Positions 27,218 to 36,803 of a DNA stretch of 64,000 nucleotides are shown here, piece by piece. Position 1 is the first letter of the stretch. Each line of letters begins with the position of its first letter. The stretch comes from Alphaproteobacteria bacterium. GTDB taxonomy: Bacteria; Pseudomonadota; Alphaproteobacteria; Rs-D84. The DNA lies in the NCBI GenBank assembly GCA_015062485.1, contig SUUO01000001.1:1691-65690 (forward strand). The letters run 5' to 3'. Below the pieces are notes generated by a model. The model was not told where the DNA came from. It saw only the letters and a list, made by a program, of their open reading frames with translations, and did not search any database. The translations under genes and the position numbers were made by a program.

Positions 27218-28616
27218 ATGATTTCTTATAGTAACGTTGGACCTCGTTCATAACAAAGTTAAATAACTTTTCCGCCTGGGAGGTTGGTGAAAAGGCCCAG
27301 TCACGTTGCATATACGGCATCGCAGATACCAGGACAAAACGCGCCATAAAATGAAAAATCTTGGACTGTTGATTTGTTGTCAATTTTGTTGGCGCATTTT
27401 CAACACGAAATACTTCGTTTTCAATGGCATCGTCCAGTTTTTCATTAATATTATCCAGAATCTTTTGCGGATAATATAATTTACATTCGTGTGGGAATCC
27501 TTCGAACATAGATATATGATTGTCCTGGGAATATAAAATATTCCAACCGACACGCTCAAACAATGCTTCCAGGCAGCGACAAATCACGTGGTTGTACGAC
27601 TTTACACCATCTTCCAAGAACGTGGCCAATTTACTTTCCATATTATCGGATTTTGCATTTTTGGCGCGACGTGTTGTTTCGTACACTTCGTGTGTTTTAC
27701 GTTCGAATTCAAAGAACGTACGAACCTGGCATATAATTTCCATTGGAATTACCGTCTTGCCGTGACCGATATTCAATATAACCTTGGCATCACGATAATT
27801 ACGCGGATTCGTCATATCATAGAACTTGTCACGACTGGACAAAATGCGCTCTGGCATTGCAGAATAAAGGCGTTCAATAAATGTTCGTGCCTGGGGGATT
27901 AAATCAAAAAGACATTTTACACGCCAGACGTCTTGTAATCTTTGATGTGGCTTTTCAATTTTATCCAGGGCACGAACCATTTCGACCGCTATTTTCTCGT
28001 GTCCACGGCCAATAATCGACAGCACCGTTTCAGATGCGTTCGTGATATATTTCGCGTCAAAAATTTTGTGGATTTTATCGGATATCGCACGTGCGGATGC
28101 GTCACGACCATCGGCGCTTAACACGCGGGATGCGGCACGCGCGACGTCATTTACATAGTCACGATAATATTTGCCCGTAATCTTGTCCAGGGCGCGTTCT
28201 ATCCTTTTCTGGGCCGCGACGATAACCGTTACAATCGACGATACTGACAATTCAATTTTATGTCCGGGTAAACTTGTAAAGAACTGATTACGCATAGGGT
28301 CGGCGTCCAGACGATGCTGAACAACATATGGCGACAATGGATGAATGTCTGAAATCTTCATCGGTTCATCAATCGCCGAATCCGTCGCATAATCGTATTT
28401 CATAACGGGGGCCTTGGGCGCACCAAACGATTTGCCCAAAACGTGAAATACTTCACGGAACCAGGTCATACTGTCGCTGTACAGTGTGCGCAGGTATTCG
28501 GCCGCCTCTTCGTTAATGCGACCGGATTCAACCGCATTATCAATTATAGATAAATTCTTTCTGTCCCGTTCCAGGGTTAATGTTTCCGCATAGCCATCCG
28601 GCATACCATCATTCAT
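27216..28616 (-). CDS. hypothetical protein, possible divergent RelA/SpoT-like nucleotidyltransferase
   Basis: The ORF is open from the GTG at 28625. The ATG at 28616 has a GGGGTGG SD overlapping the lysS stop. The segment GRGHEKIAVEMV...DVWRVKCLF...NYRDAKVILNI...PMEIICQVRTFFEFERKTHEVYE follows the order of RSH synthetase-fold motifs (remembered pattern only). Confidence 0.35.
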   Translation of the reverse strand: MNDGMPDGYAETLTLERDRKNLSIIDNAVESGRINEEAAEYLRTLYSDSMTWFREVFHVLGKSFGAPKAPVMKYDYATDSAIDEPMKISDIHPLSPYVVQHRLDADPMRNQFFTSLPGHKIELSVSSIVTVIVAAQKRIERALDKITGKYYRDYVNDVARAASRVLSADGRDASARAISDKIHKIFDAKYITNASETVLSIIGRGHEKIAVEMVRALDKIEKPHQRLQDVWRVKCLFDLIPQARTFIERLYSAMPERILSSRDKFYDMTNPRNYRDAKVILNIGHGKTVIPMEIICQVRTFFEFERKTHEVYETTRRAKNAKSDNMESKLATFLEDGVKSYNHVICRCLEALFERVGWNILYSQDNHISMFEGFPHECKLYYPQKILDNINEKLDDAIENEVFRVENAPTKLTTNQQSKIFHFMARFVLVSAMPYMQRDWAFSPTSQAEKLFNFVMNEVQRYYKKS

Positions 28617-28627
28617 AATCACCACCC

Positions 28628-30103
28628 CTATTTCATTATTGGGAACAAGATTACATCGCGCAAGGTTGGCTGATCGAAAATGATGCTGGCCAATCTGTCA
28701 ACACCCATTCCAACACCCGAAATCGGTGGGAAACCGTGTTCCATCGCACGAACAAAGTCGTTGTCGGGGTTAAAGGCTTCTTCGTCACCGTCGGCGATAT
28801 TGCGGGCCTGTTCTTCGAATGCGGCCAATTGCTGGATTGGGTTTACAAGTTCAGAATACCCCTTGCAAATTTCGGCACCACATACCAATAATTGATACAT
28901 ATCAATTCTGCGTTCATCCGCATCATTACGACGTGCCAATGGAACCATATACGCCGGATAGTTATACAAGAATGTCGGATTTACAATATCGCCACGAATC
29001 TTGCGCTTGTACACATAGTCAACCAATGTCGGGATTGATTTTAAATCTTCTAATTCCGCCATCGGGAACATACCGTTATCCACCAATTTTTGGCGCAGGG
29101 CATCGACGTCATCAAAATCCAGAATATCGCAACCAAAGAATTCGTTCATCTTGGCCGTATAGTCAATCATTTCATATTTGCTGAAATCCAATGCTGTACC
29201 CTGGTATTCAATCTGTAATGTGCCACGGCATTTCATCAATAATTCCTGGATTAATTCCCACGTAAATTTGATATTGTCGTTAAAGTCCCAATATGCCGCG
29301 TACCATTCAACCATTGTGAATTCTTGCAGGTGCATCGCATCCATACCCTCGTTGCGGAAGTCTTTGGCAACCTCATACACGCGGTCAAAGCCGGCACCAA
29401 TGGCCTGTTTCAAGAATAATTCAGGCGAAATTCGCAACTGAAAATCCGCATCCAGGGCATTGTGATGTGTTGTAAATGGACGCGCCGCCGCACCAGATGC
29501 AATATTCTGCATAATTGGTGTTTCAATTTCCAAGAATCCGTTGCGGTTCATATAATCACGCCAGTACTGTGTCATCTTGAAACGCCCCAGCAAGGCATTA
29601 CGTGCCTCTGGATTCGAGATGATATCTAAATAACGCTGGCGATATCTGGTTTCCATATCGGTCAGGCCGTGATACTTTTCCGGCAACGGGCGCAAGGCCT
29701 TGGCCAGGATTTCATACGCGGACACTTTGACCGTCAATTCGCCCGCGGTTGTGTGATACAATTCGCCCGTAATACCAATAAAATCACCCAGGTCGACATT
29801 GGCCTTCATAAATTTGTAATTTTCTTCGCCCAATTCTTCGCGGGACATAGAAAACTGAATTTCACCATTGATGTCATAAATACGACCAAACATCAATTTG
29901 CCCAGCCAACGCAATGCAGTCACACGACCCGCCAGACGCACCGGCGTACCATCGGCTAATTCACGCGCATCCTCAATCGTGTGTGTGCGATCAAATTTGT
30001 CTTTCCATACAACGCCGTCACGGGCACGGATATTTTCAGCCTTTTGCAGGCGCGCCGTCAATTCGTTTGTTGAAATCGCTGTATTCGTTGTATTTTCTGA
30101 CAT
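28628..30103 (-). CDS. lysS: lysine--tRNA ligase, class II
   Basis: OB anticodon-binding N-domain and class II motifs (FLEIETPIM, ...GVGMGVDRL). Confidence 0.95.
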   Translation of the reverse strand: MSENTTNTAISTNELTARLQKAENIRARDGVVWKDKFDRTHTIEDARELADGTPVRLAGRVTALRWLGKLMFGRIYDINGEIQFSMSREELGEENYKFMKANVDLGDFIGITGELYHTTAGELTVKVSAYEILAKALRPLPEKYHGLTDMETRYRQRYLDIISNPEARNALLGRFKMTQYWRDYMNRNGFLEIETPIMQNIASGAAARPFTTHHNALDADFQLRISPELFLKQAIGAGFDRVYEVAKDFRNEGMDAMHLQEFTMVEWYAAYWDFNDNIKFTWELIQELLMKCRGTLQIEYQGTALDFSKYEMIDYTAKMNEFFGCDILDFDDVDALRQKLVDNGMFPMAELEDLKSIPTLVDYVYKRKIRGDIVNPTFLYNYPAYMVPLARRNDADERRIDMYQLLVCGAEICKGYSELVNPIQQLAAFEEQARNIADGDEEAFNPDNDFVRAMEHGFPPISGVGMGVDRLASIIFDQPTLRDVILFPIMK

Positions 30104-30275
30104 TTTTTGTTTTCCCTTGGTTTAATTCATAAAAAACGGGCGTACCAAAAGTGCGCCCGCAGTTTTGTTACTGTTGGTCGCACAATCAATTAAAACGTTT
30201 AATAAACAATTTCATTATTCTATGCATCCTGTTTATTTGAAATAAGACCGCCCACAAGGACGGTCTTATAAATCC

Positions 30276-30352
30276 TGGTGCGAGCAAAGGGGCTCGAACC
30301 CTCGACCTCAACCTTGGCAAGGTTGCGCTCTAGCCAACTGAGCTACGCTCGC
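30276..30352 (-). tRNA. tRNA-Gly(GCC), CCA encoded
   Basis: The reverse complement GCGAGCGTAGCTCAGTTGGCTAGAGCGCAACCTTGCCAAGGTTGAGGTCGAGGGTTCGAGCCCCTTTGCTCGCACCA folds as a cloverleaf with anticodon loop TTGCCAA. Confidence 0.9.
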
Positions 30353-30438
30353 ATTGCGTGGTATATATTGACATATATTTTTTCGCATTGCAAGTGTTTT
30401 TTTCGTTTTTTGTTTTCCATCCTATTTTCAACCCATTA

Positions 30439-31422
30439 TCAAAACCACGTCCAGGGCTGGAACACTTTTAACAACCCCAGTGCCGTGCGTTTATCGGCAT
30501 ATGTGTGGCCACAGCGTGGACATACATTAAACGGCTTCAAAATAGATTTTACCTTCTTAGATACCAACCACCAGATATACAATCCAATCGCCCACGCACC
30601 CACGACCAGGCCCCACGCGACATATCCAAAATACGTGTCAACCGTGCGGGTGATTACGGTTATGGTATCCACATCCGATTTAGATAAATCGTCGTAAATC
30701 TTGGTCGCAACCGGCCACGACGACGGACGCCACGCATAAACGTGTTCAATACCATAATTAGTCAGCAATGTTGTGCCCAATCCGCCACTGTTCTTATCCA
30801 GCGCAGATTTTACCGCCGCATCCAGTGCTTTATCGATTTCAGTTTGGGCAACACGGGTTAAATCCCCCTGAATTTTATCCAACTTTTCATTTACCAGTTG
30901 TGCGGTTTTATCAACCGATGCGATTGCATCATTTGCACGGGCGACCCCTTGGTCGACCTGGGCGACGGCTTTGTCAACGCCACCGGTTTTAATGCCAAAT
31001 TTATTGGCAATGCCCGTTAATTTCTTTACCCCCGATGTTTTTTCAGATACGTCTGCGGTGGCATCTTTGGCTTTATCAGTGGCGTCCGTCACCTTGTCAA
31101 CGGTGTTATCAACCATTTTGACACCCTTTATCGCGGCGGCGATTGGTTTTTCAAGGTTAATGGATTTTGCCACACCGGACAGTAATGCCTCGTACTGTTT
31201 TACAATCCCCTTTTGCAGGTCAAAGAACATCGATACAACAATCGACTTCTTTATCGGTTGGGAATATGTGTTTTTTACATGCAATGGGAACCAGGCAACC
31301 AGCGCCAGCCATACAATCGTCACAATTGCAAATGTACGTTTTGTCCAGGTGATAACAGATTGCTTCTTCTGTACGGTTTTTGCACCGCCCATATCGATTA
31401 CTGTGACTTGTTTTTTTGCCAT
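30439..31422 (-). CDS. hypothetical membrane protein with amphipathic repeat region and C-terminal CPRCGH
   Basis: N-terminal and C-terminal TM segments. Central D/K/A/V-rich helical repeats (DKVTDATDKAKDATADV...). AAGGGG RBS. Confidence 0.6.
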   Translation of the reverse strand: MAKKQVTVIDMGGAKTVQKKQSVITWTKRTFAIVTIVWLALVAWFPLHVKNTYSQPIKKSIVVSMFFDLQKGIVKQYEALLSGVAKSINLEKPIAAAIKGVKMVDNTVDKVTDATDKAKDATADVSEKTSGVKKLTGIANKFGIKTGGVDKAVAQVDQGVARANDAIASVDKTAQLVNEKLDKIQGDLTRVAQTEIDKALDAAVKSALDKNSGGLGTTLLTNYGIEHVYAWRPSSWPVATKIYDDLSKSDVDTITVITRTVDTYFGYVAWGLVVGAWAIGLYIWWLVSKKVKSILKPFNVCPRCGHTYADKRTALGLLKVFQPWTWF

Positions 31423-31483
31423 AAAAAACCCCTTTACTTTATGTAAAAGAGTTTAGACGATTATAATACAATATTTCAATAAA

Positions 31484-32711
<1,228 letters not shown>

Positions 32712-32722
32712 TTATATCCACC

Positions 32723-34000
32723 CTATTCCTTAAAATTATCAATCCATATTTGTTTCAAGTCGCCGTCAAAATCCGCACCCTGGGTCACAATAGATATCGG
32801 CCCATCAAAAAATCCACGTAAATATTTTATAACATCAGCCGGGGTCACAGAATCATATTTACGTACAGCATCATAAAAATCGTATAAAATTCCATGCACA
32901 CGATATTCACCAACCAATGCGTCACAGCGTGCCGTGGCAGATTCCAGCCAGTTTGCATCAGACAATCTGTCTTTGCGATTAAACCTGTCTAAATCATCAA
33001 ACGTTATGTCTGGGTGTGAATAAATCTGATATGCGGTTTTCGCAATCAGCGCCACAACCGTCCCCAGATTTTGCGCCGATGTTTCTGTGCTAAAACCATT
33101 AACCGAAAAGACCTCGTTACCGGCGGTGCTGCCGCCAAATCCATAGACCAAGCCATTTTCCTGGCGCAGGACATCGGATAACTTTTTCGTTATAAATCGC
33201 TTGAAACGCGACACACAAATGCGTTTATATTCGTTTTCAATCGTGTTTGGCCATATTTCTGGAAACAAAATACGCAGGCGAACATTGTTTTTATCCGGCA
33301 AAGAATTATGTGCCACCGCCGGTGTATAATGTATTTCTGTGTTTTGTGACACATCGTGTGTTGGCAAAAACGAAAAACGCTTTTCAATGTGCGCCAAGGT
33401 TGCATCGGGATTATCCAAGCGCCCCGACAGGCATATTATGCAATTTTTAGCCGAAAAACGGCGCGATATAAATTCCAGCATTTGTTCGCGCGTAAATGAC
33501 ATAATGTTTTCGACCGGCCCTATGCCACGGAAAGAAAATGTCGCGTAATTAAATAAATGCTTTGATATAAAATCGCCGAACTGACGATCGGGGTTATCCA
33601 ACGCACGACGACGTTCATCACAAATAACATTACGCTCAATTTCTATTTTATCTGGCTCAAACAAAGAATCTTGTAATTGGTCACCAAAGAAATCAATCAA
33701 GATATTTACATTTTCCGCCAACACACGCCCAATCAGTGCCATATATGCATTGCCAGTTACCGCGTTACGCGATGCACCATAATAATCCATATAATCATCA
33801 ATGGCCTTTTTATTTGGCAACTGGGATGTTCCCTTGCACAACATATGTTCACAGAAATGTGTTATACCATATTCGTGTGGCAACTCGTCACGATCGCCCG
33901 TGGTAAACAGAACCTTGATGGCAACCGTTTCAATATCCATCGGGTCCAAGATAACCGTCACGCCGTTTGATAGTTTATGCAGGGTCGGATTGTATTTCAT
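32723..34000 (-). CDS. M16-family zinc peptidase (pitrilysin-like)
   Basis: Inverted zinc motif HFCEH near the N-terminus. Size is typical of the family. Confidence 0.8.
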   Translation of the reverse strand: MKYNPTLHKLSNGVTVILDPMDIETVAIKVLFTTGDRDELPHEYGITHFCEHMLCKGTSQLPNKKAIDDYMDYYGASRNAVTGNAYMALIGRVLAENVNILIDFFGDQLQDSLFEPDKIEIERNVICDERRRALDNPDRQFGDFISKHLFNYATFSFRGIGPVENIMSFTREQMLEFISRRFSAKNCIICLSGRLDNPDATLAHIEKRFSFLPTHDVSQNTEIHYTPAVAHNSLPDKNNVRLRILFPEIWPNTIENEYKRICVSRFKRFITKKLSDVLRQENGLVYGFGGSTAGNEVFSVNGFSTETSAQNLGTVVALIAKTAYQIYSHPDITFDDLDRFNRKDRLSDANWLESATARCDALVGEYRVHGILYDFYDAVRKYDSVTPADVIKYLRGFFDGPISIVTQGADFDGDLKQIWIDNFKE

Positions 34001-35051
34001 CGCTTATTCCCTTTTTAAACAACAGACAGCAGTCGCCATAACTGAAAAATCTGTATTTTTCATCAACGGCGTGCTTGTACGCCGCGCGCATTTCTGGCAA
34101 CCCTGAAAACGCAGACACCAACATAAACAATGTCGATTTAGGCAAATGAAAGTTTGTCAGCAGTACATCAACCGCACGGAATTTATAGCCCGGCGTGATA
34201 AATATATCCGTGTTCTGACCAAATGGGCACACACGGTGTTTTGGATTCAAATTCGGATTTCGCGCCGCACGACGGGCATATTCGGCCGCCGCCGATTCCA
34301 GCACGCGCATAGATGTCGTCCCCACCGCAATTACACGCTTGGCCCGGTTAATCATACGGGCGTGTGGTTCACTGATAAACGCCCATTCACTGTGCATTTT
34401 GTGTTCGGATAAATTTTCGGTTTTTACCGGCATCCAGGTGCCCGCCCCAACGTGCAATGTGACGTGAACAATTTTCGCACCACGGGCGCGAATTTCATCC
34501 AATAATTCATCTGTAAAATGCAAACCGGCCGTCGGTGCCGCCAGTGACCCCAAGTGCTTTGAATACACCGTTTGATAGCGTTCACGGTCGGCGTCTTCCA
34601 TTTCGCGCTTCATATACGGTGGCAGGGGTAATTTACCCACCCGGTCCAGTACCGCAAAAACATCATCACATAAAAACTTTAATTTCAGACCACTTTCGGC
34701 ATCATTATCAACCACGCGAACCTGCGTTCCATCGTCCAGTGTCAACAGTGATGCCTTTTTAATCTTTCTATATTTTTTACACAGTCCCCACCACGTTTTA
34801 TCGTTTACCGCGGTATGCAATGTAATTTCGTGCTTGCCATCCGCCACAAAGCGCGCGGGAATAACACGCGAATTATTCATAACAACAACATCACCCGGAC
34901 GTAAGAAATCCAGGAAATCACGGATATGCTTGTCCGCGATGGCGCCATCGGCACCAACCACCAACATACGTGACGCATCACGTTCCGGCAATGGGCGCGA
35001 CGCAATTAAATCGGCGGGTAATTCAAAATCAAAATCAGACAGTGTTAACAT
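33975..35051 (-). CDS. queA: S-adenosylmethionine:tRNA ribosyltransferase-isomerase
   Basis: LSDFDFELPADLIASRPLPERDASRMLVV plus typical QueA C-terminal blocks. Confidence 0.95.
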   Translation of the reverse strand: MLTLSDFDFELPADLIASRPLPERDASRMLVVGADGAIADKHIRDFLDFLRPGDVVVMNNSRVIPARFVADGKHEITLHTAVNDKTWWGLCKKYRKIKKASLLTLDDGTQVRVVDNDAESGLKLKFLCDDVFAVLDRVGKLPLPPYMKREMEDADRERYQTVYSKHLGSLAAPTAGLHFTDELLDEIRARGAKIVHVTLHVGAGTWMPVKTENLSEHKMHSEWAFISEPHARMINRAKRVIAVGTTSMRVLESAAAEYARRAARNPNLNPKHRVCPFGQNTDIFITPGYKFRAVDVLLTNFHLPKSTLFMLVSAFSGLPEMRAAYKHAVDEKYRFFSYGDCCLLFKKGISDEIQSDPA

Positions 35052-35055
35052 TTTT

Positions 35056-35952
35056 CTACTTCTTAAACTCTAAGCCCTGGTCGATGTAGTTTTCGGCCTT
35101 TTCTTCCCAGTCAGGTTCCACACGCACAAACAGGTGCAATCGTGCATTTACATCCCACTGGTCCTGAATATCGTGACGGGCGGCGGTACCAATGCGTTTT
35201 AATTGTTCGCCCCCGCGCCCCACAACAATCTTCTTGTGCGCGTCATTTTGAACCGCAATTTTCTGGTATATATCCAGGACACCGTCGGCATCAACGTCAA
35301 CGCGTTCGGTCACGACATTGATGTGATATGGTAATTCCTGGTGAATATATTTATAAATCTTTTCACGGGTCAATTCCGACAGATATAATTCATCCGGTAC
35401 ATCGGGCGCATCAACCGTATCAAACAAATACGGACTTTCGGGCATAACGTCCGCCAATGCCGCCAGCATTTTTTCAACGCCATCGTTTTTCAGTGCCGAA
35501 ATCATAAATATTTCACGCCACGGTGCCATTTCATTTAATTCGGCAACCATTGGTAATAATTCCAGTTTTGGGATTGCGTCAACCTTGTTCAATGCAACAA
35601 AGATATTTGGGCGGTCGGCGATTTTTTGTGCCAATGTGCGAATTGTTTCGGTTAATCCCTTTTGTGCATCAACCAACAACAACACCGCATCGGCATCGGC
35701 CACCGCATCCATAGCGGCCGCGACCATTGCGCGGTCTAATCTGCGTGACGGCTTGAATACGCCGGGGGTATCAACAAATACCAACTGTTTATCGCCCACC
35801 ATTTTCACCGCACGCAGGCGGGTTCGCGTGGTTTGCACCTTGTGCGATACAATGGATACCTTGCGCCCCATAATTTGATTCAATAATGTGCTTTTGCCCG
35901 CATTTGTCGGACCGATAATGGCAACAAAGCCAGAATATGTTTTCTTAGTCAT
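35056..35952 (-). CDS. era: GTPase Era
   Basis: GFVAIIGPTNAGKSTLLN, DTPG, NKVD, C-terminal KH domain. The start was chosen at MTKKTYSG rather than at the upstream ORF extension. Confidence 0.9.
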   Translation of the reverse strand: MTKKTYSGFVAIIGPTNAGKSTLLNQIMGRKVSIVSHKVQTTRTRLRAVKMVGDKQLVFVDTPGVFKPSRRLDRAMVAAAMDAVADADAVLLLVDAQKGLTETIRTLAQKIADRPNIFVALNKVDAIPKLELLPMVAELNEMAPWREIFMISALKNDGVEKMLAALADVMPESPYLFDTVDAPDVPDELYLSELTREKIYKYIHQELPYHINVVTERVDVDADGVLDIYQKIAVQNDAHKKIVVGRGGEQLKRIGTAARHDIQDQWDVNARLHLFVRVEPDWEEKAENYIDQGLEFKK

Positions 35953-36060
35953 ACGCAAACAATACCACACCAAAATCAAAAGTGAATAAAAATCTTGCAT
36001 TTGGTGGTGCGTTTTACGCATAATAAGGGCGTGGGCGGGGAAAGGAAAAAAGGATAACAA

Positions 36061-36774
36061 ATGTTGCTGACCGGTCCAGAAATAAAAAAACGTATGATGG
36101 GTGAAAATCCCGATATCGTAATAAAGCCATTTGATGACAGGTGCCTGGGGTCTAACAGTTATGATTTACACCTGGATGATACGTTAAAGGTCTACAAACA
36201 TACAATTCCGTGGGGTATGCGCCCCGCAATCCCGTACAAGGGGGCACCAGAATTGCACGATATGAAAGATTGGTTTGAATATCCCGTCCGGTATGAGGTG
36301 TACAGACAAAATCCAGACGCGTACGACATACGCAATCCAAAGTATTTAATAGATCCAACAAATCCCGCACATCACGAAACAATCGATATCAAAATCCCGG
36401 AAAGTGGACTGATTCTGTCGCCGGATGTGGGGTACCTGGGGTCGACGCTTGAATATACAGAGGCACATAACCTGTTCCCGGAAATTGATGGAAAATCCAG
36501 CATTGGTCGAAATTTCATCTTGAACCACCATACCGCGGGCCGCGGGGACGACGGATTCTGTGGGCAATGGACATTGGAAATTCACGTTCTGTATCCGACG
36601 GTTGTTTATCCGTATATGCGTATTGGACAGATTTATTTCAAAGAATTTACCGGCGAACGTATGCCGTATAATATGAACAAATCCAGTCACTATAATGGTC
36701 AGCGTGGACCAACGCCCGCCGCCCCGGTGCCGATTGACACATTTTTGAAAGATTTGGTACAGAAACAGAAATAA
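36061..36774 (+). CDS. dcd: dCTP deaminase family protein (long form)
   Basis: MLLTGPEIKKRM...SNSYDLHL N-terminus and a GxxxIGQ-like C-terminal core. About 40 aa longer than usual. Confidence 0.8.
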   Translation: MLLTGPEIKKRMMGENPDIVIKPFDDRCLGSNSYDLHLDDTLKVYKHTIPWGMRPAIPYKGAPELHDMKDWFEYPVRYEVYRQNPDAYDIRNPKYLIDPTNPAHHETIDIKIPESGLILSPDVGYLGSTLEYTEAHNLFPEIDGKSSIGRNFILNHHTAGRGDDGFCGQWTLEIHVLYPTVVYPYMRIGQIYFKEFTGERMPYNMNKSSHYNGQRGPTPAAPVPIDTFLKDLVQKQK

Positions 36775-36803
36775 AAAATCCCGCCGTCTGGCGGGATTTT
36801 TTA
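36773..36803. terminator. bidirectional terminator (dcd / giant gene)
   Basis: AAAAAATCCCGCC-GTCT-GGCGGGATTTTTT. Confidence 0.8.

Noticed and set aside
30278-30697. 139-aa plus-strand ORF
   Set aside because: Its start is the reverse complement of tRNA-Gly(GCC), and the remainder overlaps the better-supported minus-strand membrane protein gene.
35953-36060. 36-aa N-terminal extension of Era in the ORF track
   Set aside because: The extension is hydrophobic nonsense. The conserved Era sequence begins at MTKKTYSGFVAIIGPTNAGKS, and the upstream part is better read as the era/dcd divergent intergenic region.
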